From an uncultured Verrucomicrobiae bacterium (lineage in GTDB: Bacteria > Verrucomicrobiota > Verrucomicrobiia > Chthoniobacterales > UBA10450), in NCBI GenBank assembly GCA_963786135.1, contig CAWAYF010000025.1:20572-84571 (forward strand): a DNA stretch of 64,000 nucleotides, read 5' to 3'. Positions 23,017 to 30,915 of this stretch are shown here, piece by piece (the stretch's first letter is position 1; each line of letters opens with the position of its first letter). A program made the position numbers and the translations under genes. The notes beneath the pieces are model-generated. The model ran no database searches. It was not told where the DNA came from and worked only from the letters and a program-made list of their open reading frames with translations.

Positions 23017-23979
23017 CTAAAACTTGACCGAGAATTCAAGGGCACCGCCAGCGTTGCCCACATTGTAGTCAAACTGGTCCTGGTTCGAATCGCTGTGGGC
23101 AAACGAGCTGATGGCACTAATCCAACACCAGTCGGTGACGCGATAGGTGGCCGTGGCTGAAATGATTTCACTGATCTCGTTGCGGCCGTTCTGGTGGTAA
23201 TCGCGCACCACGAAACGGCCGACTGCTCCAATGGAAAATGCCCGAGTAAGATCGACTGAATAGCCGATGTAGCTCTCATAATCGTTGCGGCGCGGCGATT
23301 GATGGTCCGCGGCCACGCTGAGGTAGGTGTCTGCACCCACGGTGACTTGCTGGGCGCGGCCAAACCGAAATGGCAGCTCCGCGTCGAGAAGGATCTGGTG
23401 ATTGGAAAAAAATTCGTCGCCCAACCGGTCGCCGTTGGTGAGCCGATTGAAATCGTACCAGGCCCGTAACATTACATTGTGAAACTGCGGGAGAAAATAA
23501 GTGAGACCCGCCTGGCAATCGAGGCTGGCGAAGTCGAACGAGGTGTATTTGCCGTAGTAAAAAACCTGTTCCTGTGCGCCGAGATGGGCATAAAGATTCT
23601 GAGCAATTCTCGGATCGTAAAAAGCGGACACCAGCGGGGCAATTATCACGTCGCTGACCTCGCCGCTGTTTGTGAGCGCAACGTTTGATGTGTAAAAAAT
23701 CGGCGTCGAGAACGACGCGGTGAACGGCTGGTACGTTTCGGTGCGCTTAAGAATTTGCTGCTCGCCTAAATCAGCATCGTTGGGACTGGGCACCACCTGA
23801 TCGCCAATCACTCCACTGTTAGGCGCCGTAGACTGAACCAGTGGTTGGTTTTGGGCTTGCACCAGCGCCACCTGATTTAGCTGAACAATCTGCGCTCGGG
23901 CAGGAAGCAGGGATGCGATTAGAAACACCACGGCTGCCCACCCTGCGGAACAGAAAATTCTTAGGCGGAGCTTTGTCAA
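23017..23979 (-). CDS. outer-membrane beta-barrel protein (porin-like), family unassigned
   Basis: Signal peptide (AAVVFLIASLLPARAQ), an alternating amphipathic pattern rich in Tyr/Gly/Asp, and the C-terminal beta-signal ...GGALEFSVKF ending in Phe. Its ATG overlaps the stop of the giant ORF (ATGA). Confidence 0.6.
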   Translation of the reverse strand: MTKLRLRIFCSAGWAAVVFLIASLLPARAQIVQLNQVALVQAQNQPLVQSTAPNSGVIGDQVVPSPNDADLGEQQILKRTETYQPFTASFSTPIFYTSNVALTNSGEVSDVIIAPLVSAFYDPRIAQNLYAHLGAQEQVFYYGKYTSFDFASLDCQAGLTYFLPQFHNVMLRAWYDFNRLTNGDRLGDEFFSNHQILLDAELPFRFGRAQQVTVGADTYLSVAADHQSPRRNDYESYIGYSVDLTRAFSIGAVGRFVVRDYHQNGRNEISEIISATATYRVTDWCWISAISSFAHSDSNQDQFDYNVGNAGGALEFSVKF

Positions 23980-26900
23980 TGTGTCCCTGGAGCTATCGGC
24001 ATGGTCGAGGAGAATCGCCGGGCTCCGCTAATCGGTACGTTTTTTCTACCGCCAGGCAGAATCACTTGCTCGGTCGCGTTAGCAGAGGTAGGAGTGCGAG
24101 AACGAGCTGCTTGGTTCGGAACGTTGATCTTTCCGCCTGGACCGGGATTGAAGCCATTGAGCAGCGAAAGCAGCTGCCCGGAATTGGTCACGTTAATCGC
24201 ACCGCCTTTTGCGTTAACCGACGAAGTGACGCCACCGCTCGATGAGGTTTGATTACTTACCCCTGTCGTGCTGCCGGAAGAGGATGGGCTAGGAGGAGTG
24301 GCCCCGAACGTTGGTGCATTTCCCAGAGGTTGCGGGGTGTTGGCGCCATTGCCAGCAAACGTTCCCGTGGTAGAACCGTTTCCGCCAAAGCCAGTGTAAT
24401 TGGCGTTGTTAGTGTAGATGTTGGCCGCGCCGCCGTTGCCCGCGATAGTAACCGTGACCCCGGAATTAATCGTGATCCTATTAGCCGCCAGGTCCATTTC
24501 CGTGCCGCTGCTCAGCGTGACGTTGGCAACAAACTTCAGGAGCCCGTTGCTTCCGGGCGCGTACAGTTTGAGAAGTGTATCGGCCGAAATCGTGTTGCTG
24601 CCGCTCCCACCGATGATCAAGCTGCCGTTGGCGCCGAAAACCCCAGCTTGCACGACGTTGGCATGAATATCCGTGTTGTTGAACGTGATCGTGCCGTTCC
24701 CATCGATTGTATTGAAAAACGTTCCACCGATCTCATACGTCCCGCCGTTGAAATTGATAGCCGCTGATCCGGTCGGATCGGGACCAAGAATCTGAACCGT
24801 GGCCTCATTGTTAACCGTTGCGGTACCCGAGACATTCATGTTGATGGTTTCGTTTCCGCCGACAGAACCACCGCTGCTGCTATCAATCACCACGAACAAA
24901 TGATCGGCGTTAAGATTTCCCGTCGTTCCGACTTGGACGGTCGCATTCCCACCAATCGTGCCCCCGATATTCTCGATAAAGGCTTCGAAAGTGCTCCCAG
25001 CCGTCAAGCTTGCGGCGCTGACATCCACTGACGCGTCGGATTCGATCGCTCCCGGGTTGTTGAAGAGTCCGAAAAATAACAAGCCTCCGGTGCTAACGTC
25101 GCCGGTCGCATTGAGGGTCAACGCCGCCTTTCCTCCAATGGAACCGCCGTTGGAATTAACGATTTGAGCGACAAAATCCTGCGCGGCAGAGATGTTTGCC
25201 GTCTGAATGTTCACCGTGGCGTCAGAACCTATGACTCCTGCATTTGTGCCGCCCGCGTCGTTAAAAATTTCGAAATGCCCGTTCCCGGCTGCGTTATTAG
25301 CCCCTGTGCCCGGTTGTATGGTAAGGTTTCCAGACAGCGTAAAGTTAATTGCAGCGCTACCTTGAATCGTCCCACCGTTTTCGTTATCGATAATTGCGTT
25401 GAGGTTACCGGCAGTAGAAAAGTTAGTCGCGCTTACATTGATTGCCGCGTTGGAACCGATGAAGCCTCCATCATAATTGTCGATTTCGAAACGCGCATTC
25501 CCGACGTCGTTAACGTCTCCCGTAATATTAAATGTGATACCGCCTCCGGAACCAATGGTGCCCCCGGTGTCATTCTCAATGAGTCCCTCAAGGACGTGGC
25601 CGCACGACAAACTGCCGTCTACGCTTACGGAAATATTTCCTCCCGTTGTAATAGTGCCACCCTCATTGAAAATCCCAGTCGCAAAGGAGCCGAAATCTTC
25701 GGTGCCATTCGTTTGCACATTGTTGTCAAACGTCAGGTTGATATTGCCGCCGGTTCCTATCGTTCCGCCAGTTTCGCCTCCTGCGATGTTGCCATTATCC
25801 AGGAAAAAGTTGAGGCTGTGAAAATTTCCTGAAGTTTCCGTAACGTCGCCACCGAAACTCCCGCTAATATTTCCGCCAGTAGTGATCATGCCTCCATTGG
25901 CGTTGGCGATTTGCTCGGAAAACGTTCCGTTCAGCATGGTTGTCCCGGTAACATCCAACGTTACGTTGCCGCCGCTGTTGATCATGCCGCCAGTGGAATT
26001 GTCGACGAAAAGCGACAAGCTCGTGTTGGACGCGCCACTGATCGAGCTTGCCAAATTCAGGTTACCCGTCACCGTCACCGAACTATTTGCACCGGTTGTA
26101 ACTGTTCCACGGTTGGTCACCTGAAATAACGATGCCCCAGTTGTCGAACTGTCCGTGTAGTCGCCGCTGACATTTAATGTGACGCTAGCGCCATTTGCGA
26201 CCGTTACCCCCTGAGCCACAGCTGTAGTGAAGTTCAGCGGTCCATTTAAAGAGAATGCTCCGCTGATTTGCGCATTGAGATCGCCACCTTGAGTCGCCGC
26301 GTCAAATTCGTTCACGCTTAGCGAGCCGGCATAATCGAATTGAATCGATCCCGGCGCTGACAGCGAGATCGTGTTTGCACTTATCGTCACCGGATTGTTC
26401 AGCCCGATGTTCACGTCGCCCGCGCCGGTGATGGTCAGTAGATCGCAAGACAAAAACGCGCCATCGATCGTTATCGTTGGCGTCGAACCCGCGGGATCGT
26501 TTTGGTCCATCGTAATGGTACCGCGATCCGCCTCGATCGTTCCGTTAACAACAATGTCGGCACCCATGGTCGACAGGGTGATCGAACCGCCCGGTCCCGG
26601 CGCGTTCGCGTTGAGCAATGAAAGCAATTGCCCGTTTGCACCGACCGTGATTCCGGTGCCAGTGGTGAGATCACTTTGCAAATCAATCGTCCCGCCGCTG
26701 GCGCTTTGCCGTGGGGCCTCAGAATCATCGGACGAGACCTGGATAGTATCGTTTACGGTCACCATGCCTGCGGTCGATAGCAACGTGACCGAGCCGCCCG
26801 CGCCGCTGTAGATTCCGGGAGCGCTATTCAATCCTGTTGTCGCGGTAATGTCGGTACCGTTATTGGCCGTGATGTCACCAGTCGTGTTGACAATAAAGAC

Positions 26901-28364
26901 CCCGCCATCGCCGCCGTTGGCCGGGCCGCCCCCGCTGAAACTTCCAGCGTCAGCGCCGTTGAAGTTGGTGTTTCCGATTCCGGTCTCCGAATCGAAAGTA
27001 ATGGTGGTGGCGTTAATGGTCAGCTTGCCGCCCGAGGAGAGACCATCAATTCCGTCGAATTGGTTCCCGCTGTAATCGATCCCTGCCGGTGAGACGATGG
27101 AATTGACGTTAAAGGTCTCCTGCACGGCCGCGCCGCCGGGGCTTTCAACGAAAGCTCGGATTCCATTCGAGCCGACGGTTAGAACCCCGTTCGGCGCATC
27201 GATTGTTACAACATCGACACCGTTTGCCGTGATATTGCCGCCGGCGGTAACTGTCCCGAACGCCCCGAGCTGGCCGGCCACATCAATTGTCGTTCCAGCC
27301 GTCATGTTGCTTACGAGAGCGTTACCTCCAATGGAAATGAAAGTGCCCGCCGTCAGCGTACTGATTCTAACGTCGCTCGCGGCGGTAAAGGAACCGTCGC
27401 CTGTCACCGTGTTGCTCAGCGTATTATTAAGAACGTCGAGGCCGTGGACACTGATGTCGCCGACCGAAGTCAGCGTCAGATCGCCGGCAACGAAATCGAT
27501 GGTCGGCGCCTGAAATCCGCCGCTTCCGGCAGTGAACAAAACCGTGGCGGTGCCGAGATCGAACGTGGTTGGGTTGATGCTGCTCGTGATATTAATGGTG
27601 GTGCCCTGCGCCGTAAGGGACGTCCCAGTGAAGGTACTTGTGCCGCCATCGTCCGGATTGAGCGTGGCGTTCAGCGTGCCACCGGCGATAAAGGTAAGGT
27701 CGCCTGTCGGATTCGGAAATTGACGGGCATCGATATTCAGGTTGGAAAGCGATTCAATATCGATGGTTTGCGCGGTGATCATTCCCGTTCCTGCGAGAAA
27801 ATCGCCGCCGGAAAACGATCTGAATTCCGTCGTGGCGGTTATGTCCCCGTTGATCTGGACCGTGCCCTCAGAATCCAGATGCACCACATCGGCGCCTGAA
27901 ATCGGACTTGCCAGCGTCAGGTTGGAACCAGTGCCGCGCGCGTAAAAAGTGAGATGTGAAATACCGGAAAATGCGATATCGGGACCGAGAGTGATCGAGC
28001 CGCTTTGCGTTGCGATAAAAAGTCGATCGAGCCCAGCGAAGGTTAAGATCGTCCCGGCGGGCGCAGCTGAAGTAACATCCCCAACGCTAACCAAACCGAG
28101 GAAGGTTGTGGCGCCGCTCGGGATGGTAATGGTTGGGTCCCCGGTCAGCTCCAGACTTGAAAACTTGAATACCGCTACCGGGACCCCGTTCCCGTTCGTG
28201 TTGAAGAATTCCCCTATGGTCGTGTCGAACGAGCTCGTCGAACCAAAGAGGTAATCAAATTCAGACCCGTCCAACGCCGGGCCTCGGTAAATCTTGCCGA
28301 AATCAGTTGCGCCATTGGTCGTGATCAATGGATCGGTATTGATCTGCGTCCCGCTGGTTATCAC
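23976..28364 (-). CDS. giant Gly/Thr/Asn-rich repeat protein (predicted beta-helix/adhesin-like), no signal peptide at the annotated start
   Basis: Intact 1462-aa ORF (GTG start) with no Cys-rich or catalytic motifs. It has about a dozen degenerate units of roughly 40 aa (..DN.xGGxIxSGGNIxL..) and the motif GQLLSLLNxxxPGPGG twice. The frame stays open upstream into the 3' end of the FecR-like gene. Confidence 0.7.
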   Translation of the reverse strand: MITSGTQINTDPLITTNGATDFGKIYRGPALDGSEFDYLFGSTSSFDTTIGEFFNTNGNGVPVAVFKFSSLELTGDPTITIPSGATTFLGLVSVGDVTSAAPAGTILTFAGLDRLFIATQSGSITLGPDIAFSGISHLTFYARGTGSNLTLASPISGADVVHLDSEGTVQINGDITATTEFRSFSGGDFLAGTGMITAQTIDIESLSNLNIDARQFPNPTGDLTFIAGGTLNATLNPDDGGTSTFTGTSLTAQGTTINITSSINPTTFDLGTATVLFTAGSGGFQAPTIDFVAGDLTLTSVGDISVHGLDVLNNTLSNTVTGDGSFTAASDVRISTLTAGTFISIGGNALVSNMTAGTTIDVAGQLGAFGTVTAGGNITANGVDVVTIDAPNGVLTVGSNGIRAFVESPGGAAVQETFNVNSIVSPAGIDYSGNQFDGIDGLSSGGKLTINATTITFDSETGIGNTNFNGADAGSFSGGGPANGGDGGVFIVNTTGDITANNGTDITATTGLNSAPGIYSGAGGSVTLLSTAGMVTVNDTIQVSSDDSEAPRQSASGGTIDLQSDLTTGTGITVGANGQLLSLLNANAPGPGGSITLSTMGADIVVNGTIEADRGTITMDQNDPAGSTPTITIDGAFLSCDLLTITGAGDVNIGLNNPVTISANTISLSAPGSIQFDYAGSLSVNEFDAATQGGDLNAQISGAFSLNGPLNFTTAVAQGVTVANGASVTLNVSGDYTDSSTTGASLFQVTNRGTVTTGANSSVTVTGNLNLASSISGASNTSLSLFVDNSTGGMINSGGNVTLDVTGTTMLNGTFSEQIANANGGMITTGGNISGSFGGDVTETSGNFHSLNFFLDNGNIAGGETGGTIGTGGNINLTFDNNVQTNGTEDFGSFATGIFNEGGTITTGGNISVSVDGSLSCGHVLEGLIENDTGGTIGSGGGITFNITGDVNDVGNARFEIDNYDGGFIGSNAAINVSATNFSTAGNLNAIIDNENGGTIQGSAAINFTLSGNLTIQPGTGANNAAGNGHFEIFNDAGGTNAGVIGSDATVNIQTANISAAQDFVAQIVNSNGGSIGGKAALTLNATGDVSTGGLLFFGLFNNPGAIESDASVDVSAASLTAGSTFEAFIENIGGTIGGNATVQVGTTGNLNADHLFVVIDSSSGGSVGGNETINMNVSGTATVNNEATVQILGPDPTGSAAINFNGGTYEIGGTFFNTIDGNGTITFNNTDIHANVVQAGVFGANGSLIIGGSGSNTISADTLLKLYAPGSNGLLKFVANVTLSSGTEMDLAANRITINSGVTVTIAGNGGAANIYTNNANYTGFGGNGSTTGTFAGNGANTPQPLGNAPTFGATPPSPSSSGSTTGVSNQTSSSGGVTSSVNAKGGAINVTNSGQLLSLLNGFNPGPGGKINVPNQAARSRTPTSANATEQVILPGGRKNVPISGARRFSSTMPIAPGTH

Positions 28365-28404
28365 GTATGGATTGGGCGACGTTATCGTGGGCAGTGGCCC
28401 AAAC

Positions 28405-29235
28405 TTACTTGGCGGGGCGGTCGGTGACGGCGATGCCGACGGTCCGGGCGTGGGCGGTGGTTATGTTAGGATTTGAAGTCGTGTTTACGGAGATTACATC
28501 GACCAGGTCTTTTAATGGTGGCTGAGTTGTTCCAGGGTTTAATTGCGCCGTCTGCTGCTCATCGATCACCTGCAAAATCAGCGGTAGATTGGCCAGATCA
28601 GGAAAGCCAACGATCAACTGCGATGTCTCGATCACGGTTTTGACATTAAATGTTCCCTTCACCAAGTGACCGTTGGCGTCGAGGGTTACCATTTCTCCGC
28701 CGTGCAAAGTAACTGCCTTTTCCGGATGACCGATCGGATAAAAAGTGCCGACGCCTTCCAGGACCATGAACTTTGCCGGCGGCCCGGTTCCAAACATGGC
28801 GGTACCGCCACTGACAGCTGCTGTAGTCACACTGGAGATGATCTTAGCGGAAGCAGCTCCAGGCGGGACCTCCAGAAGGACAGTTCCGTGCTCCACACGA
28901 AGCTGGCGAGTTCCCTCGTTAAGACTGAAAACCGTGTTTTCGCCAAGACGCGTAATCGTCAGGTCGCCAAATGTCAGCTCTGCTCTTGATTGTCCCCCGG
29001 TTCGTACGGCCATTCCCAGCCTGACTTCATCGTTTAACGAAGCAGGACTCGCTGCCGCGTTTGACCGCAACAAACTTACGTCGCGAAAAACTTGAGAAAC
29101 TCGTGCGCTTTGCAGCGGTGACGCCCCGTCTGCCGCTGATAATGCGAACACGCATGCGGAAAGTGCCGAATAGCGGATCAATAACCGCCGCTTCAAAGCA
29201 TACCTGTGCCCACGAGTCGTGTCTGCGGTTTTCAA
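28405..29235 (-). CDS. FecR-domain protein with signal peptide/anchor
   Basis: LLIRYSALSACVFALSAADGA, then a FecR-like core: ARVSQVFRDVSLL...VRTGGQSRAELTFGDLTITRLGENTVFSLNEGTRQLRVEHGTVLLEV...AAVSGGTAMF. Confidence 0.7.
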   Translation of the reverse strand: MKTADTTRGHRYALKRRLLIRYSALSACVFALSAADGASPLQSARVSQVFRDVSLLRSNAAASPASLNDEVRLGMAVRTGGQSRAELTFGDLTITRLGENTVFSLNEGTRQLRVEHGTVLLEVPPGAASAKIISSVTTAAVSGGTAMFGTGPPAKFMVLEGVGTFYPIGHPEKAVTLHGGEMVTLDANGHLVKGTFNVKTVIETSQLIVGFPDLANLPLILQVIDEQQTAQLNPGTTQPPLKDLVDVISVNTTSNPNITTAHARTVGIAVTDRPAK

Positions 29236-29597
29236 GGTCGAACCTCCTCCGAAGGCCGAAGTATGGCTGAACCAGACTTGGGCGTCTTACCATTTGCGGG
29301 ATCAACAATCGAAACTGACGAGCCGCTTCCCGAAATTACGAGGTTGGTTTCGATCAACTTGCTGTTCGATTTCTCTTCTTGCTGGCTTTGGATTATTTCA
29401 TTTCCTATCCTGACCGGATCGCCAACTAAAGCAGCCCGGCGCCCGGCGTCGTTGGTCACCAGATCCGCTTCTTTGACGATGGCTGTAACTCGTACCTCTT
29501 GAGAAGTGGCGCTTGCGATTGAAAACGGAAAGATGGGCGGAGCAAGAAGTAACCCCGTCAGCGCGAAACATCTGCGAATTCTGGGACGTGTACCCAC
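29232..29597 (-). CDS. small secreted FecR-N-terminal-like protein
   Basis: 121 aa with a signal peptide (CFALTGLLLAPPIFPFSIASA), then VRVTAIVKEADLVTNDAGRRAALVGDPV, similar to the FecR-like starts of the two other genes. ATGA overlap with the next gene. Confidence 0.5.
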   Translation of the reverse strand: MGTRPRIRRCFALTGLLLAPPIFPFSIASATSQEVRVTAIVKEADLVTNDAGRRAALVGDPVRIGNEIIQSQQEEKSNSKLIETNLVISGSGSSVSIVDPANGKTPKSGSAILRPSEEVRP

Positions 29598-30058
29598 AAA
29601 AAGGGACGCCTTTTTTGGGGTTTAGATATTGATAAGTCAAGCTTAAGCCTGGTGGCGTGACACCGGAGATGCAGACTAAGTTTTTTTGCTGTGTGCCACT
29701 GATTACCTAGGCAAGATCAAAAGCGTATTCGTCCGCTTACCGGGGGTCAAAGATTCGCGCGAATGATCGACAATAGCGGCTGGCATAGCTGCTGCAATCT
29801 TGTGATCGGGGTTGACTTTGAGTTGTGTTCCGAAACGCGGCGCAGAATCAAAACACGCACCGGCCTCAATGTTAGGCACAGCTGGCCTAAAGACGATGCC
29901 ATCCTTATGGCAGCTGATTTTACGCGATTAACAAATCTGCAATACGTAAGTGACTGGACCTGAGGGCCGATGGCCCTTGCCGTCTCCGCCGTTAATTGGT
30001 GTTGGCACGAATGCTGGTAATAGCGGACTCGAAGTGAGTGCACCGAAAAACAAAAAAT

Positions 30059-30234
30059 ATGCGACGAGCGGGAATCCAAAACATTCCAGCTCCAAACGCA
30101 AAAAGGAAAGATTGATCCGCCTCGATGATCTGATCCCAAAACAGAACGTCACCGGCGGTCGTCAATTTTTGTTCGGCGTCACTGACGCAGTACAAAACAC
30201 AAAAACAATAAACAACCCAAAACAAGAAAACTGA
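30059..30234 (+). CDS. candidate small peptide 1 with ...DDLIPKQNVTGG leader-like segment; needs one A-run repair or a TTG start
   Basis: The frame of ORF 29950..30234 encodes ...KRKKERLIRLDDLIPKQNVTGG-RQFLFGVTDAVQNTKTINNPKQEN. The only ATG (30059) is in the +1 frame, and it would join if the A5 run at 30100..30104 were A6. Confidence 0.35.
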
Positions 30235-30235
30235 T

Positions 30236-30424
30236 ATGTCGAAGAAAACCAAGAAAAACATCAAAGTTCGTGACCTCAACCCAAAGAAAGACGCTAAAGG
30301 CGGCGGCGTGGCTGTCTCCGGCGGCGGTGCTGCCGTCTCCGGCCATCCCTCCCTAAGCGGCAAAGGCCCGGCCCCACTGGGCGGAGGAGCGTCGGTGAGT
30401 GGCAAAGGTCCAAGCACCAATTGA
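30236..30424 (+). CDS. candidate small peptide 2: Lys-rich KGG leader plus Gly/Ser/Ala-rich core
   Basis: MSKKTKKNIKVRDLNPKKDAKGG-GVAVSGGGAAVSGHPSLSGKGPAPLGGGASVSGKGPSTN, followed by an 8-bp GC hairpin (30435..30442 / 30458..30465). Confidence 0.5.
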   Translation: MSKKTKKNIKVRDLNPKKDAKGGGVAVSGGGAAVSGHPSLSGKGPAPLGGGASVSGKGPSTN

Positions 30425-30507
30425 TGTATGACAGCCGCGCCGGAGGTTCTATTCCGCGGCGCGGTCCCACGTAGGAAAAATTAAACCCAACTAGAAACCC
30501 AACCCCA

Positions 30508-30664
30508 ATGAAAAAAGCCAATAAGAAAATCAACGTTCGTGATATGAAGCCGAGGAAAAATCCCAAAGCTGGCGGCATCGGAAAGCCCGCTCCGCAAGGC
30601 ATCGGCAAACCCGCCCCGCAAGGCATCGGCCACCCCGCCGCAAGGCACGCCGAATGTGAACTAA
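30508..30664 (+). CDS. candidate small peptide 3: Lys-rich KAGG leader plus (GIGKPAPQ)x3 core; frame broken in the third repeat unit
   Basis: MKKANKKINVRDMKPRKNPKAGG-IGKPAPQGIGKPAPQGIGHPA.. The third 24-nt unit reads GCCG where unit 2 has GCCCCG. When repaired, the ORF ends ...PQGTPNVN at TAA 30662..30664, just before a terminator. The unrepaired track ORF runs to 30825. Confidence 0.5.
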
Positions 30665-30682
30665 GATTTACTCGGCAGTCGC

Positions 30683-30719
30683 GCCGCGCCCCGGTTAATT
30701 CCGCGGCGCGGCTTTTTTT
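30683..30719 (+). terminator. intrinsic terminator after peptide 3
   Basis: GCCGCGCC (30683..30690) pairs with GGCGCGGC (30705..30712) and is followed by T7 (30713..30719). Confidence 0.7.
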
Positions 30720-30747
30720 GTACTTTCGGTATCCGAAGCTGGCGCCG

Positions 30748-30915
30748 TTATGGGAACAGACCCCGGATTTTCTTTGCCCGCATTACGCGCTCGACGCCGA
30801 TAGCCATCGCGGCGGTGCGATGTGAAATCTTGTGCGCCTTGGCGCGCTTGATCACCTGGGTGAAGGAGTGCTCCAGGATTCGGAACAACTCCTTGTTGGG
30901 CTCGAACAATCCCAT
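30748..30915 (-). pseudogene. orphan 3' fragment of a Glu/Leu/Phe/Val dehydrogenase-family gene
   Basis: Manual translation gives MGLFEPNKELFRILEHSFTQVIKRAKAHKISHRTAAMAIGVERVMRAKKIRGLFP*. This matches the conserved C-terminal helix region of small GDHs (..F..V....K.I..R.AA...A..RV..A...RG). An in-frame stop lies about 45 nt upstream, and no N-terminal part is present. Confidence 0.55.

Noticed and set aside
24001-28476. Many 60-220-aa ORFs on the plus strand opposite the giant gene (for example 24249..24767 and 25164..25832), and likewise antisense ORFs across dnaK, groEL and sufB.
   Set aside because: These are shadow ORFs of GC-rich, repeat-rich coding sequence. Their composition is Arg/Pro/Ser-biased and low-complexity, and they show no motifs. 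The sense ORF is continuous and far longer.
29992-30626. Minus-strand ORFs 29992..30420 (142 aa) and 30294..30626 (110 aa) overlapping the small-peptide genes.
   Set aside because: They are Pro/Gly/Phe-rich mirror translations of the Lys/Gly-rich plus-strand ORFs. They have no start context or motifs, and they span the hairpin terminators.
30580-30660. The 24-nt tandem repeats (GGCATCGGNAARCCCGCNCCGCAA x3) as a possible CRISPR or minisatellite.
   Set aside because: There are only three contiguous units and no spacers, and they encode GIGKPAPQ in frame. They are a coding repeat, not a CRISPR array.
30236-30664. Calling the small ORFs canonical double-glycine (class II bacteriocin) precursors.
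   Set aside because: The conserved Asp-Leu sits 9-10 residues before GG rather than in the LSxxELxxIxGG register. No C39 peptidase/ABC transporter is nearby. They are kept only as an unassigned leader-like family.
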